This document shows, piece by piece, positions 54,225 to 62,818 of a DNA stretch of 64,000 nucleotides (position 1 is its first letter; every line of letters begins with the position of its first letter). A program made the position numbers and the translations under genes. This DNA is from an uncultured Acidimicrobiales bacterium (lineage in GTDB: Bacteria > Actinomycetota > Acidimicrobiia > Acidimicrobiales > SHLQ01), in NCBI GenBank assembly GCA_938023735.1, contig CALJDK010000016.1, forward strand, positions 7,145-71,144. Direction: 5' to 3'. Under the pieces are notes generated by a model, which was not told the DNA's origin, ran no database searches, and was given only the letters and a program-made list of their open reading frames with translations.

Positions 54225-55139
54225 ATGACTTCACCTTCGCCCCTCATCGTCGTCAGCGACGCGGTGCAAGCAGCGCTGCAGGAAGGTCGCCCGGTGGTTG
54301 CGCTCGAGAGCACCATCTTCTCGCACCTGGGCTTACCATCGCCTGCCAACGAGGAAGCACTTTCTCGCTGCATCGCCGCCATTGAAGATGGCGGCGGGGT
54401 GGCCGCAATCACCGTTGTACTCGACGGAGTGCCGCGTGTTGGTCTCGACCCCTCCGAGCACCACCGGATTCTGGGCGCAGCCAACAAGGCCGCCGAACGA
54501 GAGCTGCCTGTGGCGGTGGCTGCTGGCTGGCCGGTGGGTGCAACCACGGTGTCGGCCTCATTGTTTCTGGCCGCTCAGGCCGGGGTGCGGGTATTTGCCA
54601 CCGGCGGCATCGGCGGCGTGCATCGGGGCGACGCCAACGATGTGAGCGCCGACCTTGGAGCTCTGGCCGAACACTCGGTGGTCACCGTATGTGCTGGCGC
54701 AAAGAACTTTCTCGACCTGGCCCGCACGGTCGAACACCTTGAGACGCTCGGCGTGCCGGTACTTGGCCTGCAAACCGACGACTTTCCCGCGTTCTACGCT
54801 CGGACCAGCGGCGTAGCTGTTCCGCAGCGTATCGAGTCGGCTGCCGAGGCGGCCGCGATCGCCGACGCCCAGCACCGCTTGGGTCGGTCTGGCGGAATTC
54901 TGGTGACGGTGCCCATCCCCGAACCCGATGCCATCGACGCCGAGGTCATCGATACCGCCATCGAGACCGCGTTGGCCGAGGCCGAGGACGCCGGACTCGT
55001 CGGTGCTGCGGTCACTCCGGCCGTGCTTTCAGCCATTGGTAATGCGACCGGCGGGGCCACGGTTCCGGCCAACCTTGCGCTGGCCGAAAACAACGCTCGC
55101 GTCGCGGTGGAGATAGCGGCCGCCCTCGCGGCCAGCTAA
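54225..55139 (+). CDS. psuG: Pseudouridine-5'-phosphate glycosidase
   Basis: VVALESTIFSHLGLP, ATGGIGGVHRG, DVSADL and VCAGAKNFLD motifs. Confidence 0.9.
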   Translation: MTSPSPLIVVSDAVQAALQEGRPVVALESTIFSHLGLPSPANEEALSRCIAAIEDGGGVAAITVVLDGVPRVGLDPSEHHRILGAANKAAERELPVAVAAGWPVGATTVSASLFLAAQAGVRVFATGGIGGVHRGDANDVSADLGALAEHSVVTVCAGAKNFLDLARTVEHLETLGVPVLGLQTDDFPAFYARTSGVAVPQRIESAAEAAAIADAQHRLGRSGGILVTVPIPEPDAIDAEVIDTAIETALAEAEDAGLVGAAVTPAVLSAIGNATGGATVPANLALAENNARVAVEIAAALAAS

Positions 55140-56527
55140 CTCTGGTCGAGCTTCCCCCGAAGCCACTCAGCCTCTTCGACGCCCTTCGGAGTCGAGGGTT
55201 CTCCATCGACCCACGGCCATAGCTCGCCGGCGATTCGGCGCCAGTTGGCGGTGGCCTCGAGGTGGGCAAGCAGTGCGTAGAGCCCCAAGTTGATGCGCTG
55301 TATCAGCGCAAACGATGGTGGGACGTTTGCGTACTTGAGGATCTCGTTGGTCTTGTGATCGAACGTGCGACGGAGCGTCTCTGATGCGTACTCGGCGTCG
55401 AGGGTGGTGGGGCCGTCATGACGGACAATCTCATAGAAGTGGAGAAACCAGTCGTGGATCTCGTCGTCGCTGAACGGCGCGCCGGTGCGAAGAAGTTCGC
55501 CACCCTCGAGCGCTTTTCGAAAGGCCGACTTTTTGTCGGCCAGAACCGTCTGGATGAGCTGCCCGAAGAACTCGGTTTCGTCCTCGTCGAACCGGCGCAC
55601 AAGGCCAAAGTCAAGGAACGTGACCTGGCCGCCCGGGCGAAAGAGGTAGTTGCCCGGATGCGGATCGCCGTTGAACGCTCGCAGGCGATACAGGCTGCGA
55701 AACACGAACCGGAACATGGTTTCCGCAGCCTGGTTCTGCTCGTCCTGGCTCCACGTTTCGAGCTCGCTGAAGCGGGCACCCTCGGCGAACTCGGTAGTGA
55801 GTACCCGACCCGACGAGAGGTCGTCGCAGACCTCGGGCACATGGATGAAGGGATGGTCCCGGTAGAAATCGGCAAAGAGCCGCTGGTTGTCGGCTTCGAG
55901 CTCATAGTCGAGCTCTTCGCCGATGCGAAGTTTCAGTTCTTTGGCCAACGGACCGGGGTCGAGCCCGGGGAAGATCATCGCCATAAGACGGCCTACGAGG
56001 TCGGTGTTGTCGAGGTCGGCGGCGATGGCCTCATCGATGCCCGGATACTGCACCTTCACCACCACCTCACGGCCATCGTGGGTGGTTGCCCGGTGCACCT
56101 GCCCGATCGATGCCGCCGCGATTGGTTCCGGAGAATACGAAGAGAACAGCGAGTCGAGGTCGTACCCAAGCTCACGCTCGATAGCCCACCGCGCTAACGC
56201 TGGCTCCATCGGCGGCGCATCCTGTTGGAGCTGCCCAAGGGCAAGTTTGACCGGCTCAGGAAGGCCGTCGTCGAGGTAGCTGGCCATCTGGCCCAGCTTC
56301 ATCAGGGCGCCTTTCATCTCGCCCAACTCATCGGCCACCTGCTGAGCCGTGCGCGCCTGGAACTCGGCATCGAGTTCTTCGCGCCGCGCCTTCGGGGTAA
56401 CCGCACGACGGGCTTTGTGGGCGGCGGCTGCCGCGCCGAAGCGGGCCGTCATTTGAGCAACCGACTTGTTGCGCTGGAACCGGCTGGTCAGACGCAGGCC
56501 TTTGGGGTCTTTCCCAGATGACGACAT
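55136..56527 (-). CDS. ABC1/UbiB (AarF) family atypical kinase
   Basis: Start at MSSSGKD. Motifs GALMKLGQMASY, AAASIGQVHRA, VVKVQYPG and GDPHPGNYLF. Confidence 0.8.
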   Translation of the reverse strand: MSSSGKDPKGLRLTSRFQRNKSVAQMTARFGAAAAAHKARRAVTPKARREELDAEFQARTAQQVADELGEMKGALMKLGQMASYLDDGLPEPVKLALGQLQQDAPPMEPALARWAIERELGYDLDSLFSSYSPEPIAAASIGQVHRATTHDGREVVVKVQYPGIDEAIAADLDNTDLVGRLMAMIFPGLDPGPLAKELKLRIGEELDYELEADNQRLFADFYRDHPFIHVPEVCDDLSSGRVLTTEFAEGARFSELETWSQDEQNQAAETMFRFVFRSLYRLRAFNGDPHPGNYLFRPGGQVTFLDFGLVRRFDEDETEFFGQLIQTVLADKKSAFRKALEGGELLRTGAPFSDDEIHDWFLHFYEIVRHDGPTTLDAEYASETLRRTFDHKTNEILKYANVPPSFALIQRINLGLYALLAHLEATANWRRIAGELWPWVDGEPSTPKGVEEAEWLRGKLDQS

Positions 56528-56583
56528 CACGAAAGCGTGGCACACGCGTGCAAGCAGGCCCGGTCGAGTCGGAGAAACTTCGA

Positions 56584-57144
56584 ATGTGTCACTATGCGAG
56601 GGTGGATCGTCAACGAGCGCTTACCGTTCTGCAGCTCGGTGCTGAAGCCAACCTCGACGAGGCCCGCGATGCTTACCGTCGTTTGGTACGAACGAATCAC
56701 CCTGATCTCATCGGCAGCGACGGCACCGAAGCGATGATTTTGCTGAACCAAGCAATGGCCGTGCTTGAGGCCAACCCGGAGCCCGGGGCTGCGGAGCCAG
56801 TGGCCGAAACGTCGCTGGCCACGAGCGACGGCCATCCCGACCTGGTGGTGTTCGACGATGGGCTTACCCTGAATGCACCGGCCGACGAGCTGTTTCCTCG
56901 CTTGGCCGAAGCCCTCGATGTCGTGGGGGACCTCACCTACGCCGACGCGTCATCGGGATACCTTGAGGCGGCGGTTTCGTTCGGGAATCCGAGTCCGAGT
57001 CAACTAGTGGTGAGCTTGCAGGGGCGCGGCGAGCACACCGAAGCGTTCTTCACCCTCGAATCGATGGGCATCGAGACCCCACCTGACCTCGTCGAGGTGG
57101 TTGCGGCTATCGGCAGGGCGCTCCAGAACCCAAACGGTTCCTGA
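56584..57144 (+). CDS. J-domain (DnaJ-like) protein
   Basis: LGAEANLDEARDAYRRLVRTNHPDL contains the HPD tripeptide. The rest is unassigned and the start is uncertain. Confidence 0.55.
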   Translation: MCHYARVDRQRALTVLQLGAEANLDEARDAYRRLVRTNHPDLIGSDGTEAMILLNQAMAVLEANPEPGAAEPVAETSLATSDGHPDLVVFDDGLTLNAPADELFPRLAEALDVVGDLTYADASSGYLEAAVSFGNPSPSQLVVSLQGRGEHTEAFFTLESMGIETPPDLVEVVAAIGRALQNPNGS

Positions 57145-57184
57145 GTAGTTCTGAGTTGTTTGTCGCCTCTGGCGTCGTGGCGAA

Positions 57185-57754
57185 CTAGGCCGTGAGGCGA
57201 AGCTGGCGACTATGAGCAACTGCGGCGCACGCATCGGCGCGGGCGGCTGCCCCATGCAGGCCAGCACCGTCTTGTCGGCGAAGCGCAAACCCGATCGCGG
57301 CACGGATACCGGCGGAGCGCAGCGCTTTGTCGATGGCCCGGGCGAGTTGCTCGGTGGCGCCAACGGTGGCGACCGGGATCATCAGAATTGAGAGTTCGTT
57401 CTCGTTGAGCACACCAACACGATGGGTGAACTGAAGGTGCCGGTCGAGGACAGCCAGCACGGTAGCGGTCCGCTCGTCGGTGCCGGTCGGCCCATGGTCG
57501 ATGCTGATAACACCGGCCTGAAAGCCCGTGCGCTCGCAGCGAAGATCTTCTTCGGTTAGCAGCTGGCTCCATGCAGCCGCACCCTGAAGCACCGGTGCGG
57601 ACATGCGGGATGCCGTGCTTGGTGCGGAGTTGCTGGTTGCGGAGTTGCTGGCTTCTGCGTTTTTGGTGGTTTCGTTTGGTTGACTGCTCACGGTGATCCC
57701 GTTCGTTGCTGGTTGGCAGTTCTGCTGATCGAGCGTCTGCCGGTTGAGTTTCAA
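57185..57754 (-). CDS. Hypothetical protein, possibly a degenerate GGDEF-like domain
   Basis: The layout resembles a GGDEF domain (SIDH..., VLAVLDRHL, RVGVLNENELSILM in place of RxGGDEF, AIGFAL, ADACAAVA), but the signature is lost. This is a weak by-eye call. Confidence 0.3.
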   Translation of the reverse strand: MKLNRQTLDQQNCQPATNGITVSSQPNETTKNAEASNSATSNSAPSTASRMSAPVLQGAAAWSQLLTEEDLRCERTGFQAGVISIDHGPTGTDERTATVLAVLDRHLQFTHRVGVLNENELSILMIPVATVGATEQLARAIDKALRSAGIRAAIGFALRRQDGAGLHGAAARADACAAVAHSRQLRLTA

Positions 57755-58021
57755 GGCCCCGGATTCCGCCCGTAACGTTGATATGGGCCATTCGGCGCAA
57801 ATCGTTGGGTCGTGAGGACTTTCGCTGAAGAAATCGGATTCGGAACCGAAAAGCCCCCAACTTGGGGCAGTCGGCCACTACCGACGAGAAAATCCAGCGT
57901 TTGGCGAAAAGTCCTCTGAACTGGGGAAATAGCGCCTGGTTGGGGAGTTGGGATGCGGATTCGGCGGTTGAATCGGCTGTTTTCGCCCGAGTGTGTCATA
58001 GGGGGTCGCCATGATGGTCCT

Positions 58022-58447
58022 ATGCACACCACGACCCCCGACCTGTCACCCACGCTCGCCGCACGCGACGTACTTAGCGCCGACCATCGTCGGTTCCGTC
58101 GTCAGATCCTCGAGCACTGCTTTGCGGCGGGTACGCCGATCGACCGTGAGGTCCTCACCGTGATCCTGGCCGCCAAAGCGCAGCGCGATGAGCCGTTTCG
58201 TTGGTGGACGGCGCCGACAGTTCGCGAACTGCTGTGGGTCGATGTTGTCGAATGGTGCCTGGTGAACGCCGTCGATGTTCCCGGCAACGTGCCCGAAGCA
58301 ATGTGGGCGCTCGTTGGTGCCTTGCCGGTCAGCGACGACCAGATTCGCGAACTCCGCGAACCGCTAAACCAGGAGGCTGGCCTTGACCGCAACGGTCGTC
58401 GCAAGGCAGCAAAGCGGCGGCACCCCAGTCGGAAGAACGTCAGCTGA
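58022..58447 (+). CDS. Hypothetical protein
   Basis: An ORF with coding-like composition, a basic C-terminal tail and no recognised motifs. The ATG at 58022 is preferred over the track start at 57953. Confidence 0.35.
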   Translation: MHTTTPDLSPTLAARDVLSADHRRFRRQILEHCFAAGTPIDREVLTVILAAKAQRDEPFRWWTAPTVRELLWVDVVEWCLVNAVDVPGNVPEAMWALVGALPVSDDQIRELREPLNQEAGLDRNGRRKAAKRRHPSRKNVS

Positions 58448-58467
58448 CCTGGTGGCCAGAAAAACGA

Positions 58468-58500
58468 CCGTGGCCCCGGGCGAAACGCCCGGGGCCACGG
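58468..58500. terminator. Bidirectional intrinsic-terminator-like hairpin between convergent genes
   Basis: Perfect 15-bp inverted repeat CCGTGGCCCCGGGCG-aaa-CGCCCGGGGCCACGG. It is flanked by an A-run upstream and aattt downstream. Confidence 0.65.
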
Positions 58501-58544
58501 AATTTGTGAGGGTTGCGGAGACTCTCTACAAAGAGATGGGGCTG

Positions 58545-60641
58545 CTAGCCAACAAATGCTGAAGCAAACACCAACGACACGATGGTCATAACCTTCAACA
58601 AGATGTTCATGGCTGGGCCCGAGGTGTCCTTGAAGGGGTCACCAACGGTGTCACCAACAACGGCAGCCTTATGAGCATCGGAGCCCTTGCCGCCGTGGGC
58701 GCCAGCTTCGATGTACTTCTTGGCGTTGTCCCAGGCACCACCGGCGTTGGCCATGAAGATGGCCAGTGCGAAGCCAGTAACAAGCGCGCCGGCCAGCAGG
58801 CCGCCGAGTGCATCGACATCGACAAAGCCCACAACCAGAGGCACAACGACAGCGAGAGCGCCAGGAATAATCATTTCCTTCAGCGACGCTGCAGTTGAGA
58901 TCTCGACGCAACGAGCAGAGTCAGGGATAACGCCCTCTTTGCCCTCGCGAAGTCCGGGGATCTCACGGAATTGGCGACGAACTTCCTCGATCATCTCGGT
59001 CGCAGCACGGCCGACGGCGTCGATGGTGAGCGCTGCAAACAGGAACGGCAGGCCGGCACCGAGGAACAAGCCGATGAACACATCGACCTCGCCCACGTTG
59101 AGGTTGAGTTCGCCGCCAGCTTCCTGGATGGCAAACTCAAAGCTCTTAAACAGTGCCAGAGCGGTGAGTGCCGCCGAGCCAACGGCGAAGCCCTTTGCTA
59201 CAGCAGCCGTGGTGTTTCCGAGGCTGTCGAGTGCGTCGGTGACTTCGCGAACCGACGGATCGAGTTCGGCCATTTCGGCGATACCACCGGCGTTGTCGGC
59301 GATAGGTCCGTAGGCGTCGACCGACACAACCACACCGGTGGTTGCAAGCATGCCGATTGCGGCAACCGCAATGCCGTAGATACCGCCGTTGAGGTTGCCG
59401 ATGTCGTTGGCGAATGCGTACTCGCCGCCCCAGTAGGCCACGCCCACGCCGACGAGGATCAGGATCACCGATGCGGCAACCGAGACCATGCCGGCGCTGA
59501 TGCCCGCCAGAACTGTGGTGGCCGGTCCGGTTTCGGTCTGCGCCGCAATCTTCTTCACGGGACTGAAGTGATCGGAGGTGTAGAACTCGGCGGTCTTTCC
59601 AAGTGCCCAACCAACGATGAGGCCACCGATGACCGAGAAGGCCAAGCCGATGGGGTTGTCGAACGTGTCGCTATCGCCAAAGAGCCAGAACGCAATGCCG
59701 ATGGTGGCCACGATGGTGATTGCCATGGCCACGTTGGTGCCCATATGCAGCGCCCGGCTGAGGGCCTTCGAGTCGGTGGACTCGCCGCCCTTCACCAGGA
59801 ACGAACCAATGATCGAGGCGATCATGCCAACAAAAGCAATGGCCATCGGGAACATGAGCAGCGACAGGGCGTCGTCGCCGATGTCGTCGGCGGAGAGGCC
59901 AACGGCGAACGCAACCAGCGAGATCGGCGCAATGATGGATCCGGCGTAGCTCTCGAAGAGGTCGGCACCCATACCGGCGACGTCGCCCACGTTGTCGCCA
60001 ACGTTGTCAGCGATGGTGGCCGGGTTGCGAGGATCGTCCTCGGGAATGCCAGCTTCGACCTTACCGACAAGGTCGGCGCCAACATCGGCTGCCTTGGTGT
60101 AGATACCGCCACCGACACGGGAGAACAGCGCAATCGACGAAGCGCCAAGGCCGTAGGCCGTGACAACTTCGAACGCTTCGCTGTGCTCGCCGATGACGAC
60201 AAAGATGATGTAGACGGCCATAAGACCAAGCAATGCGAGTCCGGCAACCGAAAAGCCCATAACGGCGCCACCGCGGAATGCGATGGGCAGCGCCTTACCG
60301 GGGCCATCTTTGGCGGCTTCGGTGGTGCGAGCGTTGGCCATAGTGGCCACGGTCATGCCGATATAACCGGCCAGTGCCGAGAGAACTGCGCCGATCAGGT
60401 ACGTGATGGCAGCCGCCGGCGTGATGACGAAGAACAGCAGGATCATCATCGCAACGACGAACACCGAAACCCAGGTGTACTCCGCTTTCAAGAAGGCCTT
60501 TGCGCCCTTTTGGATCTCGGTCATCAGGAAGACCATGCGCTCGTCGCCAGGAGACGCAGCCTTCACATTGGTAAAGAAAAACCCGGCTAGGCCAAGCGCT
60601 GCGAGCGCTGACACTAGGGCGAGATACGGAATTGAACTCAA
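58545..60641 (-). CDS. hppA: Membrane-bound ion-translocating pyrophosphatase, K+-dependent-type signature
   Basis: Motifs GGIYTKAADVGADLVGKVE, DNVGDNVGD, GNTTAAVAKGFA and GGAWDNAKK. The probable TTG start at 60641 follows GGAGA. The track ORF reaches 60692. Confidence 0.9.
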   Translation of the reverse strand: MSSIPYLALVSALAALGLAGFFFTNVKAASPGDERMVFLMTEIQKGAKAFLKAEYTWVSVFVVAMMILLFFVITPAAAITYLIGAVLSALAGYIGMTVATMANARTTEAAKDGPGKALPIAFRGGAVMGFSVAGLALLGLMAVYIIFVVIGEHSEAFEVVTAYGLGASSIALFSRVGGGIYTKAADVGADLVGKVEAGIPEDDPRNPATIADNVGDNVGDVAGMGADLFESYAGSIIAPISLVAFAVGLSADDIGDDALSLLMFPMAIAFVGMIASIIGSFLVKGGESTDSKALSRALHMGTNVAMAITIVATIGIAFWLFGDSDTFDNPIGLAFSVIGGLIVGWALGKTAEFYTSDHFSPVKKIAAQTETGPATTVLAGISAGMVSVAASVILILVGVGVAYWGGEYAFANDIGNLNGGIYGIAVAAIGMLATTGVVVSVDAYGPIADNAGGIAEMAELDPSVREVTDALDSLGNTTAAVAKGFAVGSAALTALALFKSFEFAIQEAGGELNLNVGEVDVFIGLFLGAGLPFLFAALTIDAVGRAATEMIEEVRRQFREIPGLREGKEGVIPDSARCVEISTAASLKEMIIPGALAVVVPLVVGFVDVDALGGLLAGALVTGFALAIFMANAGGAWDNAKKYIEAGAHGGKGSDAHKAAVVGDTVGDPFKDTSGPAMNILLKVMTIVSLVFASAFVG

Positions 60642-60835
60642 GTAAATTGTCTCCTTGGAAGGTCCGACAGGTATACGGCCGGGGTGCCGCACCCGCCAGT
60701 CGGTAACGGATCAAAGGTAATATTGGCGACTTCTCGGCACAAACACAGGGGAACCGTCGTTGAACCGAAGCGGTTCGAGTGATCTGTCCCTTGTCGCTAG
60801 TGTGAGTTGTCCCCGTACCCGAGGAAGTACTGATC

Positions 60836-61435
60836 ATGTCCGAACCGTCGACAGCGCGGGGCGATAGTGCTTCCGAGATCCGGCGTCAGATGAAGTCGCG
60901 CCGCCGCACACTCGACGCCGCCACCCGCAGCGGCAACGCCGACCGGGTCGCACATCACCTCCTGGATGTACCCCAAATACTCGCGGCGCGGACTATCGGT
61001 GCCTATGTTGCCGTCGACGGCGAGCTCGACCCAGAGCCATCGCTCGGGCTTCTTACGGCGGTGCGTTACCTGCCGCTAGTCGGCGACGATTTCTCTATGG
61101 AGTTCCGATTGGCGTCGGACGAGTACCCCCTGATTCCCAATCGATATGGCATCGACGAACCGCCACCCTCGGCCCCACGAACCGAACCCGGCGATCTCGA
61201 TGTGGTGCTGGTGCCGCTGGTGGCATTCGATCGTCATGGGTCGCGCATTGGCATGGGCGCCGGCTACTACGACCGATGCTTCGCGTTCCGTCAAACACAG
61301 AAAACTGCGCCGCTGCTCGTTGGTGTCGCCCATGGGTTTCAGGAAGTCGCTGCGATCGAGAGTCAGCCGTGGGATGTTGCACTCGACATGGTGGTTACCG
61401 AACAGGGAATTGTGGCGGGAGAAATTGGTGCCTGA
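60836..61435 (+). CDS. 5-formyltetrahydrofolate cyclo-ligase
   Basis: VLVPLVAFDRHGSRIGMGAGYYDR motif, and a size of about 200 aa. Confidence 0.8.
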   Translation: MSEPSTARGDSASEIRRQMKSRRRTLDAATRSGNADRVAHHLLDVPQILAARTIGAYVAVDGELDPEPSLGLLTAVRYLPLVGDDFSMEFRLASDEYPLIPNRYGIDEPPPSAPRTEPGDLDVVLVPLVAFDRHGSRIGMGAGYYDRCFAFRQTQKTAPLLVGVAHGFQEVAAIESQPWDVALDMVVTEQGIVAGEIGA

Positions 61436-61462
61436 TACTCCATTCCCGGTGGTGCACAGGCA

Positions 61463-62818
61463 ATGATGGGATCAATGCACATCATTGTCATCGGCGCCGG
61501 TGAGGTTGGAAGCCATGTGGCTCAGCGATTGGCGCGCGATGGACACGATGTTGTGGTGGTCGAGCGCAGCACACAGGCCCGCCGAAAGATCGAGAGCGAA
61601 ACGGCGCTTCAGGTAGTTGCCGGAAGCGGTACCCATCCCTCGGTACTCAAGGCGGCAGGGCTCGAAAAGGCCCAAATGGTCATCGCAGTCACCACCAACG
61701 ACGAGGTGAATCTGGTGGCGTCGAAGCTGGCCAAACAAGCCGGCGTAGCCAAAACCATCGTGCGGGTTGAATCCGAAGAGCTGCGCGGACGAAACGGCGC
61801 CGCCGTGCGAGACGCAATGGAGGTCGACCTGGTTATTGACCCCGATGATGCCACCGCCCACGAGCTGATGAGTTTGCTCGAGTTCCCCGGCGCCAGCGAA
61901 GTAGTGGTGATGTGCGGTGGCGAGGTCGTGGTGCTCGGTTCGCGTCTGGCTGAGGGCGCGCCGCTGGTAGGCATGCAGCTCTCCGAGGTGGGTGAAATGT
62001 TCGAACCCGACTGGCAGTTCATGGTGGGCGCTATCACTCGCGACGGAAAGACCGTGATCCCTCGAAGCGAACATGTGCTTGAGGCCAACGATCGGCTCCG
62101 GATGGTTGCCCTTCGCGATGCCCGTCGCCAGGTCGTCACCCTTTTGGGCCTGGCTCGGGATCTTCCCCGTCGCATCATGTTGCTCGGCGGTGGGCGAACT
62201 GCGCTGGTACTTGCCCGACTGCTCGATAAACAGGGAGCCGAGGTTGTGCTGGTCGACCGCGATCCCGATCGTTGTGACGAACTCGCCGAGAAGCTCGACA
62301 ACGCCCTGGTGATCCACGGTGACATCACCGATGGCGAGATCCTTCGCGACGCAAACGTCGGCGACTTCGACGTGGTTATTGCGCTCACCGGCGAAGACGA
62401 CGCGAACATTCTGGCGTGCATGTTCGCGAAGTCCGAGGGGGCTGTCGAGACGATCTCTCTCGCTCACCGGCTTGAACTGTTGCCACTGCTCCACGAGGTC
62501 GGCATCGACGCAGCAACGTCGCCGCGAACCGCTGCTGCAAACAGCGTGCTCCGTCAGGTGCGGGATGACGTGGCGGAAGTCAGGACCTTCCTCGAAGGTG
62601 AGGCCGAAGTGGTGGAGTTTGAGGTGAAAGCCGGAAGCGCCGCCGATGGCCAGAAGGTTCGCGACCTGCATCTCGACCACGACGTGCTCATCGGCGCGGT
62701 CTTCCGCGACGGAAACGCACAGATCGCCAGGGGTCGCACAAAGCTGCGCGAGCGCGATCACATTGTTGCCATTGCGATGCCCGGCGCCATCGAAGAAGCA
62801 GCGCACGTCTTCGGGTGA
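61463..62818 (+). CDS. trkA: Trk system potassium uptake protein TrkA (tandem RCK domains)
   Basis: MHIIVIGAGEVGSHVA and a second Rossmann motif IMLLGGGRTALVLA. 451 aa. Confidence 0.9.
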   Translation: MMGSMHIIVIGAGEVGSHVAQRLARDGHDVVVVERSTQARRKIESETALQVVAGSGTHPSVLKAAGLEKAQMVIAVTTNDEVNLVASKLAKQAGVAKTIVRVESEELRGRNGAAVRDAMEVDLVIDPDDATAHELMSLLEFPGASEVVVMCGGEVVVLGSRLAEGAPLVGMQLSEVGEMFEPDWQFMVGAITRDGKTVIPRSEHVLEANDRLRMVALRDARRQVVTLLGLARDLPRRIMLLGGGRTALVLARLLDKQGAEVVLVDRDPDRCDELAEKLDNALVIHGDITDGEILRDANVGDFDVVIALTGEDDANILACMFAKSEGAVETISLAHRLELLPLLHEVGIDAATSPRTAAANSVLRQVRDDVAEVRTFLEGEAEVVEFEVKAGSAADGQKVRDLHLDHDVLIGAVFRDGNAQIARGRTKLRERDHIVAIAMPGAIEEAAHVFG

